A program made the position numbers and the translations under genes. From an uncultured Candidatus Peribacteria bacterium (GTDB taxonomy: Bacteria; Patescibacteriota; Gracilibacteria; Peribacterales; Peribacteraceae), in the NCBI GenBank assembly GCA_964641555.1, contig CAZXKA010000004.1:30886-94885 (forward strand): 64,000 nt of DNA, read 5' to 3'. Within the stretch, counting starts at the first letter, position 1, and each line of letters starts with the position of its first letter. This document shows positions 43,135-52,452 of the stretch, in pieces. Below the pieces are notes generated by a model. The model saw only the letters and a program-made list of their open reading frames with translations, was not told the DNA's origin and did not search any database.

Positions 43135-44163
43135 TCACTCGCACGGATGGCCGGCCGCCACGCGCGCATCGCAATCGGCCTGCGCCTGCAGTTCCGCGTG
43201 CGTGCGCGACTCTCTATCGTTATTGCCGGTTTTCAAGCGATAGATCATCTCCGCCATCTCGCCGCGCGTGATGTTCTGATCGAAGCGCGTGACGGAGGTG
43301 GGAATCGCTCCGCGCATCTCGAGCATGAGGACGTACGGCCGGTACCACGGGCAGTCGCCGTCGCACGCGGGAATCGTCGTCGAGGCTTCGAGACCGAATG
43401 TCTTCGCAAGAATCTTCGCGGCCTCGACGAAGTTGATGCCATTCGCCGGTTTGAACGTACCGTCAGAGTAACCTTCGACGATGCCATGGCAACGCGCTTC
43501 GTGGGCGAACGTCGCGTACCACGCGGACTGGTCGACGTCCGAAAACGGCGCGATCTTGCACGTCCGGCCGTCGTCCTCGAACGTCTCCATCAAAATTTTC
43601 ACGAACTCCGCGCGGTTGATCGTCGCATCCGGCTTGTACGTTCCATCCGAGTACCCCTCCACGATTCCTTCGCTTTTCACATAGAAGATCGCATCGGCGT
43701 TCGGATGATCGGACGTGACATCCGCGAACGCTGTTGAACCGCCGTCATGTTCCTGTTGGAGCACATACGGCGGAGCACAGTTCGTGGCATTCTGCAACAC
43801 CTCCTCGTCCGTACAGATTCGTACCTGCTCAAACGCATCCCGCGTTCCACCGTGCCCAAAACACGGATCTGCAAAATAGCTAATAACCTGGCCATCTTCC
43901 GTGCAGCGCGGCATCTGCGTTCCATCGCCGCATTGGTACGGCTTGCACAACTTCGCCGTGCTCGCAGGGCACCGATACCACGCGCAATTGTTGCTCGGGT
44001 CTCGGCCGACGTACGACCCGTCGGGACAGAGCTTGGCGTCCGCGGTGCAGGCGACCTGCGCATCGGCGGGCACGGGCTCCGTCGCGATCATGAGGATCGA
44101 CGGAACGAGAATGCCGACGAAGAGCACGCCGGCGAGGTGGAAAGGCTTGAACATACGCTTCAT
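43135..44163 (-). CDS. SLH-domain protein with Cys-rich N-terminal region
   Basis: Signal MKRMFKPFHLAGVLFVGILVPSILMIA. Cys-rich stretch. SLH repeats (FADVTSDHPNADAIFYVKSEGIVEGYSDGTYKPDATINRAEFVKIL; FSDVDQSAWYATFAHEARCHGIVEGYSDGTFKP). Alternative start 44154. Confidence 0.85.
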   Translation of the reverse strand: MKRMFKPFHLAGVLFVGILVPSILMIATEPVPADAQVACTADAKLCPDGSYVGRDPSNNCAWYRCPASTAKLCKPYQCGDGTQMPRCTEDGQVISYFADPCFGHGGTRDAFEQVRICTDEEVLQNATNCAPPYVLQQEHDGGSTAFADVTSDHPNADAIFYVKSEGIVEGYSDGTYKPDATINRAEFVKILMETFEDDGRTCKIAPFSDVDQSAWYATFAHEARCHGIVEGYSDGTFKPANGINFVEAAKILAKTFGLEASTTIPACDGDCPWYRPYVLMLEMRGAIPTSVTRFDQNITRGEMAEMIYRLKTGNNDRESRTHAELQAQADCDARVAAGHPCE

Positions 44164-44198
44164 TCTACGCCGTTCGGACGGATTCGTAACACCTCTTC

Positions 44199-44672
44199 TT
44201 ACGCAATCCGCACGTCGTCTCCCAAGAAATTGTTGTCCGCATCGAAGCGCAGCGTGCCTTCGAATCGTTTCCCCTGCAGGAATAACGGCACCCATCGGTC
44301 GTCACCTTTCCACATCTTCTCGTAGGGGATCGCGTCGTCTTGGAACCACTCCGGCCGCATCTCGTCGGTCTCCACGGGTTCGCCGATGACGTTCGAACCG
44401 CGGAACACGTGACACTCGTGCAGCACGGGATCGTTCGTGAATTCGAAGAAGAGCAGACCGACGCGCTCGAGCATCATCACGCCGATGCCGGCTTCCTCGC
44501 GCAGCTCGCGATGCGCCGCCTCTTCGATCGATTCACCCGGCTGCACCTTGCCGCCGAAGCCGTTCCACCACCCCGCGCCGAAGCCCGTCTTCTTCATGCC
44601 CAGCAGCACGCGCGGCGGCTCGTGGACCATCACGAGCGTGAGGAGTTTGCGGGCTCTAGGAATTGATTCCAT
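44199..44672 (-). CDS. NUDIX hydrolase, MTH1/NUDT1-like (oxidised dNTP pyrophosphatase family)
   Basis: KLLTLVMVHEPPRVLLGMKKTGFGAGWWNGFGGKVQPGESIEEAAHRELREEAG closely parallels the MTH1 N-terminus and Nudix box. The start overlaps the secA 3' end by 17 nt. Confidence 0.88.
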   Translation of the reverse strand: MESIPRARKLLTLVMVHEPPRVLLGMKKTGFGAGWWNGFGGKVQPGESIEEAAHRELREEAGIGVMMLERVGLLFFEFTNDPVLHECHVFRGSNVIGEPVETDEMRPEWFQDDAIPYEKMWKGDDRWVPLFLQGKRFEGTLRFDADNNFLGDDVRIA

Positions 44673-47349
44673 GGCATTTTTTGTACTTCTTCCCGCTTCC
44701 GCAGGGGCACGGATCATTGCGGCCGACTTTCTGCGCATCGATCGGTTTTTGCGTCGGGGCATGGCGCTTCTGCGCACCGGCGAGAACCGGACTGGAAGCA
44801 ACGGATGATGTTCCGACGCCCGTTTCGGTCAGCTCGCTCTCGATCTGGTCTTCGTTCGTCCGGAGTCCCGAGAGCTCCTGCTCCGCCTGCTGGAGGATGC
44901 GCTGCGGCGCGAACTGCGCGAAGTCGATGCCGAGCAGCGTGCGCACGATCGTCGTGTCGATCGTCTGCAGAAGTTCCTGGAACATGCGGAACGCGCGGTC
45001 CTGGTACTCGATCAGGGGATCGCGCTGCGCGTAGCCCGCGAACGCCACCTGCTCGCGCAGATGCGCCATCGCGTCGATATGGTCCATCCAGTGCGTGTCG
45101 ATCGACCGTAGGACCACCACACGCTCGGCGCGGGCGACGACGTCGGCCGAGTGTTCGGCGCACTTCGCTTCGTAGACGCTCACGATCGAGTCCGCCGCAA
45201 GGTCACGCAGCGTATCGGGATCGCGGGCGTCGCGGATGGCTTCCGGGGAGAGGCGCTTCTTCAGTTCGACATTCAATGCGCCGAACGCATCGCTCATCTG
45301 CTCGATCTCCCAGACGTCGACGTCGATCGTCGGGGCGTGCAAACGGACGATGGCTTCGGCTTCCGTGCGCATCGCTTTCACGATGTCCTCGCGCAACCCT
45401 CCGACATCGCCCACGTTTCCCGTTTGCACGGCGAGCTTCTCGAGCAATGCACGGCGTCGGCGATAGATGATGTCGCGGTGCCGGTTCATCACGTCGTCGT
45501 ACTGGAGAACGTGTTTGCGGACGTCGAAGTGATGGCCCTCCACGCGCTTTTGCGCGCTCTGAATCGACCGCGAGACGATCGCGTTCTGCAGCGGCTGGTC
45601 GTCGGGAACTTGCAACCGTTCCATCATCGTCTTCAAGCGATCGCCGCCGAAGAGGCGCATGAGGTCATCCTCCATCGAGACGAAGAAGTGGCTCTCGCCG
45701 GGATCGCCTTGGCGACCGCTGCGACCGCGCAGCTGGTTATCGATGCGGCGGGATTCGTGGCGTTCGGTGCCGATGATGCAAAGCCCCCCGAGATCCGTGA
45801 CGCCGTCGCCCAGCTTGATGTCGGTGCCGCGGCCGGCCATGTTCGTCGCGATCGTCACGGCGCCTTTCTGGCCCGCAAGCGCGACGATCTCGGCTTCTTT
45901 TTCGTGCTGTTTGGCATTCAACACGTTGTGCGGGATGCCCTGTTCTTGCAAGAGCGCGCTCATCGCCTCGGACTTCTCGATCGACGTCGTGCCGATGAGC
46001 AGCGGCTGGCCTTTCGCGTGTTTTTCGTTCGCCAGCTTCGCCGCCGCGATGAACTTCGCCTTCACCGTGCGATAGATGGCGTCGGGATTGTCTACGCGGA
46101 CCATCGGACGATGCGTGGGGACGACGATCGTCCGCAGTTTGTAGATCGATTCGAATTCCTCTTCTTCCGTCTTCGCCGTTCCCGTCATGCCGGCGAGCTT
46201 TGAATACAAGCGGAAGTAGTTCTGGAACGTGATCGTGGCGAGCGTTTTGCTTTCACGCTGCACGTCCACGCCTTCCTTCGCTTCGATCGCCTGGTGCAGG
46301 CCGTGGCTGTAGCGGCGGCCCGGCATCAGACGACCCGTGAATTCGTCGACAATAACAACCTCGCCATCTTTGACGACGTAGTCGACGTCGCGCTGGTAAA
46401 TGGCGTGCGCGCGGAGCGCTTGCTCGATGTGGTGCACTTCCTCGAAGCCCTTCTCGGTATAGATGTTCTCAATGCCCAGCAGTTTCTCCATGGTTTTAAT
46501 GCCTTCGTCGGTGAGGACGGCCGCGCGCTGTTTTTCGTCCTTCGTGAAGTGCGTCCCCGGCTGCAATTGACGGACCAAAGACGCGTACTGCACGTACTTC
46601 GTCGTCGATTCCCCGGCGGGCTGACTGATGATGAGCGGCGTGCGCGCCTCATCGATGAGGATCGAATCGACTTCGTCGACGATCGCATAATGGAGCGGAC
46701 GCTGCACCATGCTCCGGAGCGACGACGCCATGTTGTCGCGCAGGTAGTCGAAGCCGAATTCGTTGTTGGTGCCGTACGTGATGTCCGCCGCGTACGCGTT
46801 GCGCCGCTCCTCGGTGGAGAGCCCGTGCACGACGCACCCGACCGTGAGTCCGAGCGCCGTGTAAAGGACGCCCATCCACGAGCTGTCGCGCTTCGCCAGG
46901 TAATCGTTCACCGTCACGACGTGCACGCCCTTGCCCGCCAACGCATTCAGATATACGGGAATCGTGCAGACGAGCGTCTTGCCTTCGCCGGTCTTCATCT
47001 CCGCGATACCGCCGCGGTGGAGCACCGCGCCGCCCAGCAACTGCACGTCGAACGGGATCATGTTCCACGTGAAGGTCTGTTTGCCCACCTCGAGCGTCGT
47101 GCCCTGCAAAAGCTCGCACGCACGCAGGACGATCGCGAACGCCTCGGGCAACAGATCGTCGAGTGATGCGCCCGCCGCCACACGCGCTTTCAACTCCTCC
47201 GTCTTCGCCGGGAGCGTCTCGCGCGTCAGGGCGCGAATCGCCGGCTCCTTCTCCTTTTCCCGAACGGCACGCACGATCGGCCAGAGCTTTTTCAGCTCTT
47301 TCTCGTTGGGGTCTCCCAGCAGCCGATTGAGGGAATCGATGATCGCCAC
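44656..47349 (-). CDS. secA: preprotein translocase ATPase SecA
   Basis: 897 aa, GTG start. MKTGEGKT, DEVDSILIDEARTPLIIS, C-terminal zinc motif CPCGSGKKYKKCHG. Confidence 0.98.
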   Translation of the reverse strand: MAIIDSLNRLLGDPNEKELKKLWPIVRAVREKEKEPAIRALTRETLPAKTEELKARVAAGASLDDLLPEAFAIVLRACELLQGTTLEVGKQTFTWNMIPFDVQLLGGAVLHRGGIAEMKTGEGKTLVCTIPVYLNALAGKGVHVVTVNDYLAKRDSSWMGVLYTALGLTVGCVVHGLSTEERRNAYAADITYGTNNEFGFDYLRDNMASSLRSMVQRPLHYAIVDEVDSILIDEARTPLIISQPAGESTTKYVQYASLVRQLQPGTHFTKDEKQRAAVLTDEGIKTMEKLLGIENIYTEKGFEEVHHIEQALRAHAIYQRDVDYVVKDGEVVIVDEFTGRLMPGRRYSHGLHQAIEAKEGVDVQRESKTLATITFQNYFRLYSKLAGMTGTAKTEEEEFESIYKLRTIVVPTHRPMVRVDNPDAIYRTVKAKFIAAAKLANEKHAKGQPLLIGTTSIEKSEAMSALLQEQGIPHNVLNAKQHEKEAEIVALAGQKGAVTIATNMAGRGTDIKLGDGVTDLGGLCIIGTERHESRRIDNQLRGRSGRQGDPGESHFFVSMEDDLMRLFGGDRLKTMMERLQVPDDQPLQNAIVSRSIQSAQKRVEGHHFDVRKHVLQYDDVMNRHRDIIYRRRRALLEKLAVQTGNVGDVGGLREDIVKAMRTEAEAIVRLHAPTIDVDVWEIEQMSDAFGALNVELKKRLSPEAIRDARDPDTLRDLAADSIVSVYEAKCAEHSADVVARAERVVVLRSIDTHWMDHIDAMAHLREQVAFAGYAQRDPLIEYQDRAFRMFQELLQTIDTTIVRTLLGIDFAQFAPQRILQQAEQELSGLRTNEDQIESELTETGVGTSSVASSPVLAGAQKRHAPTQKPIDAQKVGRNDPCPCGSGKKYKKCHGINS

Positions 47350-47370
47350 GGATTGACGTACGATTGTAGC

Positions 47371-47952
47371 TTAGATTCCGCGTCCGTACCAGGGAAGGAG
47401 CGGTGTTCGGCCATAGTCCAATGCCGACAACAATCGGCCCAGCACCTCCGAAAGAGACAGTTTTTCGCTGATCGACCATCCGCGCGACGCAAGCGCCTCG
47501 CGGTGGGCATCCAGGAGATCGCCCGTCACCGTCGTCGGCTGTACTGCCAGCAGCTCATCCACCGTCACCAACGTTGGTACGTTCCACTGTCCGCCGCGCA
47601 CGAACAACGCGTTCGCTTTCGTGGAGTGCACCCATAGCACATCCCCATCGATTCGAGCGCGCGCGAGTTCGCTCCCATGGAACCCGGCGACCGGAACATC
47701 CAACCGATCCGCCATCGCGTTCGCGAACGTGACGCCGAGACGCACGCTCGTGAATCCGCCCGGCCCAACGTTGCACGCGATGCGTTCGATATCGCTCGTC
47801 GTCCATCCCGCCTCTTGCAGCACTGTTTCCGTCAGCGGAATCAGTTCCGTATCGGTCACTCTGCCGACATTTCTGATTGATCGCACGTCGGCGCCCTCGA
47901 CGCACGCGAGGTGTCCGTCATGAGAGGCGATGTCGATGGAGAACGTACGCAT
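47371..47952 (-). CDS. tsaB: tRNA t6A biosynthesis protein TsaB (YeaZ)
   Basis: MRTFSIDIASHDGHLACVE...IACNVGPGGFTSVRLGVTFANAMA. Confidence 0.9.
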   Translation of the reverse strand: MRTFSIDIASHDGHLACVEGADVRSIRNVGRVTDTELIPLTETVLQEAGWTTSDIERIACNVGPGGFTSVRLGVTFANAMADRLDVPVAGFHGSELARARIDGDVLWVHSTKANALFVRGGQWNVPTLVTVDELLAVQPTTVTGDLLDAHREALASRGWSISEKLSLSEVLGRLLSALDYGRTPLLPWYGRGI

Positions 47953-47956
47953 GAAG

Positions 47957-47994
47957 CGAGTATACGAGTAGGAAAGTGTACGAGTATACGAGTA
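47957..47994. repeat. direct repeat CGAGTATACGAGTA x2 in the tsaB / GT2 divergent region
   Basis: Copies at 47957-47970 and 47981-47994, followed by A8. The proximal copy supplies the TATACT 6 nt upstream of the tsaB ATG. Confidence 0.5.
47959..47964 (-). promoter_or_regulatory. -10-like TATACT 6 nt upstream of tsaB ATG (leaderless candidate)
   Basis: Minus strand TATACT-cgcttc-ATG (47952). Confidence 0.45.
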
Positions 47995-48063
47995 AAAAAA
48001 ACTCATATACGGTCATATGATTTTGCACGAATATCCATACCGCACGGGCTCGTACACTGAGCG

Positions 48064-48069
48064 TATACT
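48064..48069 (+). promoter_or_regulatory. -10-like TATACT 6 nt upstream of GTG 48076 (leaderless candidate)
   Basis: TATACT-tcggcc-GTG. Confidence 0.45.
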
Positions 48070-48075
48070 TCGGCC

Positions 48076-48927
48076 GTGGCTTCACCTCAACTTTCCGTCG
48101 TTATTCCTACCCATAGAAGACCCGCCATCCTCGCGGCGTGTCTCGAACACTTGGAGCGGCAATCGATCGCCGATCGGATCGAAGTCATCGTCGTGAGCGA
48201 CGGGCACGATCCGGCGACGGTCGAAGTCGTGACGGGGCGAACATGGAAGATCCCGGTGACATTCCAGGAAATCGCGAAGAGCCAGCAAGGCACGGCGCGC
48301 AATGTCGGCGTTCGGGAAGCGACCGCCCCCGTCGTCCTCTTCATCAACGACGACATCTTTCTCGTGCCCGGCGCGTGCGAAGCGCACCTCACTGCCCACG
48401 CGGGCCATCATCCCATCGCGGTGCTCGGGCACATCGAGTGGGACCCCGCCGTCGGGATCACGCCCGTCATGCGCTGGCTGGAGGAAACGGGATGGCAGTT
48501 CGGGTTCGACATGCTCGCCGATTACAAAGGCCAACGCGTGCCGGAAGACGTGCAGCACCGCTTCACCTACGCGAGCAATCTCAGTTTGCCGCTCGAGATA
48601 GCGCGGGCGACGCCGTTTCCCGAAGGCCTCACCGAATACGGCTGGGAAGACGTCGTCTTCGGTATGGACCTGCGCAAGAAGAACGTCGGACTCGTGTACG
48701 AACCGTCCGCGCTGGGATTACATCGCCACCGGATCGATCTCCCGGATTCGCTCCGCCGCATGCGCGCCATCGGACGGACGATGACGGTGATGGCCGCGCG
48801 CGACCCGGCGTTCGACCGCCTGCCGCGCGGATGGAAATTGCACGCCTACCGGATGCTCTCGCTTCTCCCCACGCTGCGCGGCAAGCACGCGAAGGCGTTG
48901 CTGGAGGGAATAAGGGGAATGCGATGA
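48076..48927 (+). CDS. glycosyltransferase family 2
   Basis: LSVVIPTHRRPAILAACLEHLERQS...VVSDGHD...FINDDI, a GT-A fold signature. Confidence 0.9.
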   Translation: MASPQLSVVIPTHRRPAILAACLEHLERQSIADRIEVIVVSDGHDPATVEVVTGRTWKIPVTFQEIAKSQQGTARNVGVREATAPVVLFINDDIFLVPGACEAHLTAHAGHHPIAVLGHIEWDPAVGITPVMRWLEETGWQFGFDMLADYKGQRVPEDVQHRFTYASNLSLPLEIARATPFPEGLTEYGWEDVVFGMDLRKKNVGLVYEPSALGLHRHRIDLPDSLRRMRAIGRTMTVMAARDPAFDRLPRGWKLHAYRMLSLLPTLRGKHAKALLEGIRGMR

Positions 48928-49040
48928 TGCGCGCGTTCTGCGAAGCAACAGAACGCCCAAAAAGCGCTTCATGCAGACAAAAATCTCCAGCAACCGACAC
49001 AAAGCAATGCCATTCGATTGCGACCCGAGCATGCGCAATC

Positions 49041-49046
49041 TACGCT
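49041..49046 (+). promoter_or_regulatory. -10-like TACGCT 6 nt upstream of ATG 49053 (leaderless candidate)
   Basis: TACGCT-caatgc-ATG. Confidence 0.4.
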
Positions 49047-49052
49047 CAATGC

Positions 49053-49304
49053 ATGGCCGAGGACGCGATCACCAACGCCGTGCTCCTGCAGCACATGCAG
49101 AGCATGAAAAGCGATCTGCAGACGCAGATTTCGGGTTTGGATAAAAAATTAACGGGTGCCACAGAAGATCTACGACTATTAAAAATCGAAGTGCGACAGG
49201 GATTCGAGGATGTGCGACAGCGCCAGGATTCCATGCAGGAAGATCTGGAAGCATCGATCCAGATGCTGGGCCGACATCAGCGGAAATTGGCGAGAATGAG
49301 CTGA
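49053..49304 (+). CDS. small coiled-coil protein (83 aa)
   Basis: MAEDAITNAVLLQHMQSMKSDLQTQISGLDKKLTGATEDLRLLKIEVRQGFEDVRQRQDSMQEDLE. Heptad-like, with lower-GC codons. The start is supported by the -10/N6 pattern. Confidence 0.55.
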   Translation: MAEDAITNAVLLQHMQSMKSDLQTQISGLDKKLTGATEDLRLLKIEVRQGFEDVRQRQDSMQEDLEASIQMLGRHQRKLARMS

Positions 49305-49415
49305 GAAATGGGAGTTGACTAGTATAAGATCCGGTTTATCGTATTCGCAGTTCCTTATTTCTGTCGGCATGTCATGCCGGGGAACGATCGAGCGGTTTTA
49401 CACACAAGGTGCATC

Positions 49416-49991
49416 ATGAAAACCGTCTTCACAACGGGAGATGTGGCGAAAATTTGCAAGGTTTCCCAGCAAACCATCATTCGCTGCTTCGACAGCGGAC
49501 AGCTGAAAGGCTTCCGCGTGCCGGGCAGCCGATTCCGCCGAATTCCGCGTGACCAGCTCTATAAATTCATGCGAGAAAACGGCATACCGACGGACGACCT
49601 CGAAGGAGAAAATGACGTTCGGGTGCTCATTCTCACATCGGACAACGTCCTTGCGGAAAAGCTGCGCGACGCTATGCCGAAAAAAGAACGCTTCGACGTC
49701 GTGATCGTCGACAATCCGTTCGATGCAGGCTTGCGCGCAGTCGATTCGACACCGGACGCACTGATTGTCGACTGCCTCAACAGCGTGAACGAAGCGTGTG
49801 CGCTCACCGAGCTTCTGCGAAAGTATCCCGACTTCGATCGGACGATCGTCATCGCGCTCGTGCCGAAGAAATCCCGACCCACGCAGCCGCAAGCGACGAC
49901 GGGTATTGAGATCTACAAGAAACCGTTCGACCCCAAACTGCTCGCGGCCTCGCTCCTGGAAACAGTCAAGGAGCAAAAAAACATCGCCTAA
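49416..49991 (+). CDS. excisionase-type HTH fused to a receiver-like domain
   Basis: MKTVFTTGDVAKICKVSQQTIIRCFDSGQLKGFRVPGSRFRRIPRDQL is HTH_17/excisionase-like. It is followed by VLILTSDN...ALIVDC...IVIALV...YKKPFD, a receiver layout. Confidence 0.85.
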   Translation: MKTVFTTGDVAKICKVSQQTIIRCFDSGQLKGFRVPGSRFRRIPRDQLYKFMRENGIPTDDLEGENDVRVLILTSDNVLAEKLRDAMPKKERFDVVIVDNPFDAGLRAVDSTPDALIVDCLNSVNEACALTELLRKYPDFDRTIVIALVPKKSRPTQPQATTGIEIYKKPFDPKLLAASLLETVKEQKNIA

Positions 49992-50017
49992 TCGACATGC
50001 CGACCAAAGGATCACTT

Positions 50018-50052
50018 CGCGGAGACGGCCCAGCCAGCTCCGCGATTTTTTT
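50018..50052 (+). terminator. intrinsic terminator
   Basis: CGCGGAG (50018-50024) / CTCCGCG (50038-50044) followed by ATTTTTTT. Confidence 0.7.
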
Positions 50053-50056
50053 CGTG

Positions 50057-50062
50057 TAGAAT
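50057..50062 (+). promoter_or_regulatory. -10-like TAGAAT 6 nt upstream of ATG 50069 (leaderless candidate)
   Basis: TAGAAT-cgacgc-ATG. Confidence 0.45.
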
Positions 50063-50068
50063 CGACGC

Positions 50069-51007
50069 ATGCTGACCCGTTTCGCTCTCACCATCTGGCG
50101 CACATCAACCGACGTGCGCGCGTACGCCTCCGACTTCGCGCACCGCACGACGGGGAGCGGGCTCGGCTACCTGTTCGCCCTCACGACGACGCTCGCGTTC
50201 TTCACGCTGCTGCCCTTCGCGATCGGCCTCGCGTTCATCGCGCCGCGCGCGGATGAATTCGCGAACGAGCAACTGGACGTCGTCCAGCGCTGGTATCCGG
50301 ATGACCTGGTCGTGACGCTTACGGGCGGCGTCCTGAGCACGAACGCCGATGAACCCGTGATCCTCGACCTGCCGCCGGAATGGGGAGAGCTGGATGAAGA
50401 CGGTTTTATTCATGCCGTCGTGATCGACACCAACGCCTCGATCGACGACTTCGCGGCATACGAAACCGCGATTCTGCTCACGCAGCGGTCGGCCGTCGTG
50501 CGCGACGACAACGGCAGTCTCCGGGTCTTCGCATATTCGGCGGAGGAAAACGTCGTCGTGTCGGAAGCGTTCGTCGCGGAGAACATCGCGCTCGCGAAGC
50601 AAATCACGCCGATGCTCCCGATGATCGCGTTCGTGGTCGTCCTCGCGCTTCTCCTGCTCGCACCGTTCGTCATCGGCGGCGCGATGTGGCTCGTCCAACA
50701 ACTCTTCCTGCTGTGGGCGACGCTCGTCGTGTTGCTCGTGTCCGCGATCGCCGGCAGGGGACTCTCCTACGGTGCGCTCTACAAGCTGAGTCTCTTCGGC
50801 CTCACGAACTCGCTCCTCTTAGACTACGCGCTCACGATGGTCGGCGTGAATCTCCACTGGATCGCGTGGCTCCTCTTCTTCGGTTGGATGACGGCGGTCG
50901 TCCTCGCGTTCCCCAAGCGCACCGGCCCCGCGGTCACCGTGTTGCCGCCCGCCGCGGAATTGCGTGCGAAGAAGCAACCGACGAAAAAGTCGTACAGGCC
51001 GATCTGA
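50069..51007 (+). CDS. multi-pass membrane protein (DUF1189-like)
   Basis: 312 aa. One N-terminal TM helix, a large loop, then four or five TM helices. The family assignment is from memory only. Confidence 0.75.
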   Translation: MLTRFALTIWRTSTDVRAYASDFAHRTTGSGLGYLFALTTTLAFFTLLPFAIGLAFIAPRADEFANEQLDVVQRWYPDDLVVTLTGGVLSTNADEPVILDLPPEWGELDEDGFIHAVVIDTNASIDDFAAYETAILLTQRSAVVRDDNGSLRVFAYSAEENVVVSEAFVAENIALAKQITPMLPMIAFVVVLALLLLAPFVIGGAMWLVQQLFLLWATLVVLLVSAIAGRGLSYGALYKLSLFGLTNSLLLDYALTMVGVNLHWIAWLLFFGWMTAVVLAFPKRTGPAVTVLPPAAELRAKKQPTKKSYRPI

Positions 51008-51143
51008 TCCTGGATTTCCGTTAGAAAACAGGATTCGCTTGATTTTTGCCATGACGGATGTACACTGGGTTCGTTCCGTTCATGCACTGTTCCGATAGCG
51101 TCGGAACGGTGGCTTCACCGGACTCCTTGTTTCTCCTACTCCC

Positions 51144-52430
51144 ATGAAAGCCTCCTTCATCGCCGCCATTAATCAAATCTGTTCCGAGAAGAACGTCTCG
51201 CCGGACCAGGTGATCGAAGCCGTGAAACAGGCGATCGCCACGGCGTACCGCAAGGACTACGGCAACAAGGAACAGGAGATCCGCGTGAACCTGCCGGAAG
51301 GGACGGACAGCCCGCAGATTTTGGTCGTGAAGGAAGTCGTGGAGACGGTCGAGAACGAGAACTTCGAGATCGGCCTCGACGCCGCCAAGCGCATCAAGCG
51401 CGACGCCGATGTGGGCGACGAAATCGAGATCGACGTGACGCCCGCGGAGTACGGCCGCATCGCGGCGCAGGCGGCCAAGCAGGTGATCTTGCAGAAGCTG
51501 CAGGAGGCGGAACGCATGAGCTTGTACGTGAAGTTCAAGGACCGCGAGGACGAGCTCCTCACGGCGACCGTCACGAAGACGGATCCGAACTGGGTCACGC
51601 TCGAGATCGAAGGCATGGCCGTGTCGCTCCCGTGGCGCGAGCAGATCCCCGGCGAGCACTACTACACCGGCAAGCGCATCCGCGTGTACCTGGAGCGCGT
51701 CGAGATGACGGGCAAAGGCCCGCAGCTGCGCATCTCGCGCACGCATCCGCACCTGGTGAAGAAGCTCCTGGAGCTCGAAATCCCCGAGGTCCGCAACGGC
51801 GACGTGTTGGTTCGCGGCATCGCGCGCGACGCCGGCTTCCGCAGCAAGGTGGCGGTGGCGAGCAAGGACCCGCGCATCGACCCGATCGGCGCGTGCGTCG
51901 GCCAGAAAGGCGTGCGCATCCAGGCCGTGATGGAAGAGATCAACGGCGAGCGCGTCGACATGCTCGAGTGGAGTGACGATCCGATCAAGCTCATCAGCAC
52001 CGCGCTCCAGCCGGCCGCGATTTCGGCCGTCATCATCGTGAACGACCAGGAAGGCATCGACGCCGACGGCCGCAAGATCAAGAAGCGCGCCGCGGTGTTT
52101 GTGGAGGAAGCGCAGCGCCCGATGGCCATCGGCAAGAAGGGCCAGAACATCCGCCTCGCGACGGACCTGACGGGCTACGAGCTCGACATGTACAACTACG
52201 AAGAACTCCCGGCCTTCCAGGCCAAGCTCGCGGAACTCCGCGGTGAGGATGTGCCGGTCGCGATGGTAGGAGACGCGGCGGTCGAGACGGCCGATGCGGG
52301 CGGCACTGAGCACGAGGAACAGACGAAGGTGTTGGAAACGTCGCCGGCGCCGACTTCCGAGCAGGGCGATGGTTCGCTGACGCCCGACGGGGGACAGCCG
52401 TTGGCCGGAGAAGGCGCGACGGCGGCGTAA
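51144..52430 (+). CDS. nusA: transcription termination/antitermination factor NusA
   Basis: 428 aa. N-terminal domain, S1 (VTATVTKTDPNWVTLEI), two KH domains (GACVGQKGVRIQAV; AIGKKGQNIRLA) and an acidic tail. Confidence 0.97.
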   Translation: MKASFIAAINQICSEKNVSPDQVIEAVKQAIATAYRKDYGNKEQEIRVNLPEGTDSPQILVVKEVVETVENENFEIGLDAAKRIKRDADVGDEIEIDVTPAEYGRIAAQAAKQVILQKLQEAERMSLYVKFKDREDELLTATVTKTDPNWVTLEIEGMAVSLPWREQIPGEHYYTGKRIRVYLERVEMTGKGPQLRISRTHPHLVKKLLELEIPEVRNGDVLVRGIARDAGFRSKVAVASKDPRIDPIGACVGQKGVRIQAVMEEINGERVDMLEWSDDPIKLISTALQPAAISAVIIVNDQEGIDADGRKIKKRAAVFVEEAQRPMAIGKKGQNIRLATDLTGYELDMYNYEELPAFQAKLAELRGEDVPVAMVGDAAVETADAGGTEHEEQTKVLETSPAPTSEQGDGSLTPDGGQPLAGEGATAA

Positions 52431-52452
52431 CGACTACGCTATCCTGCGTTCC

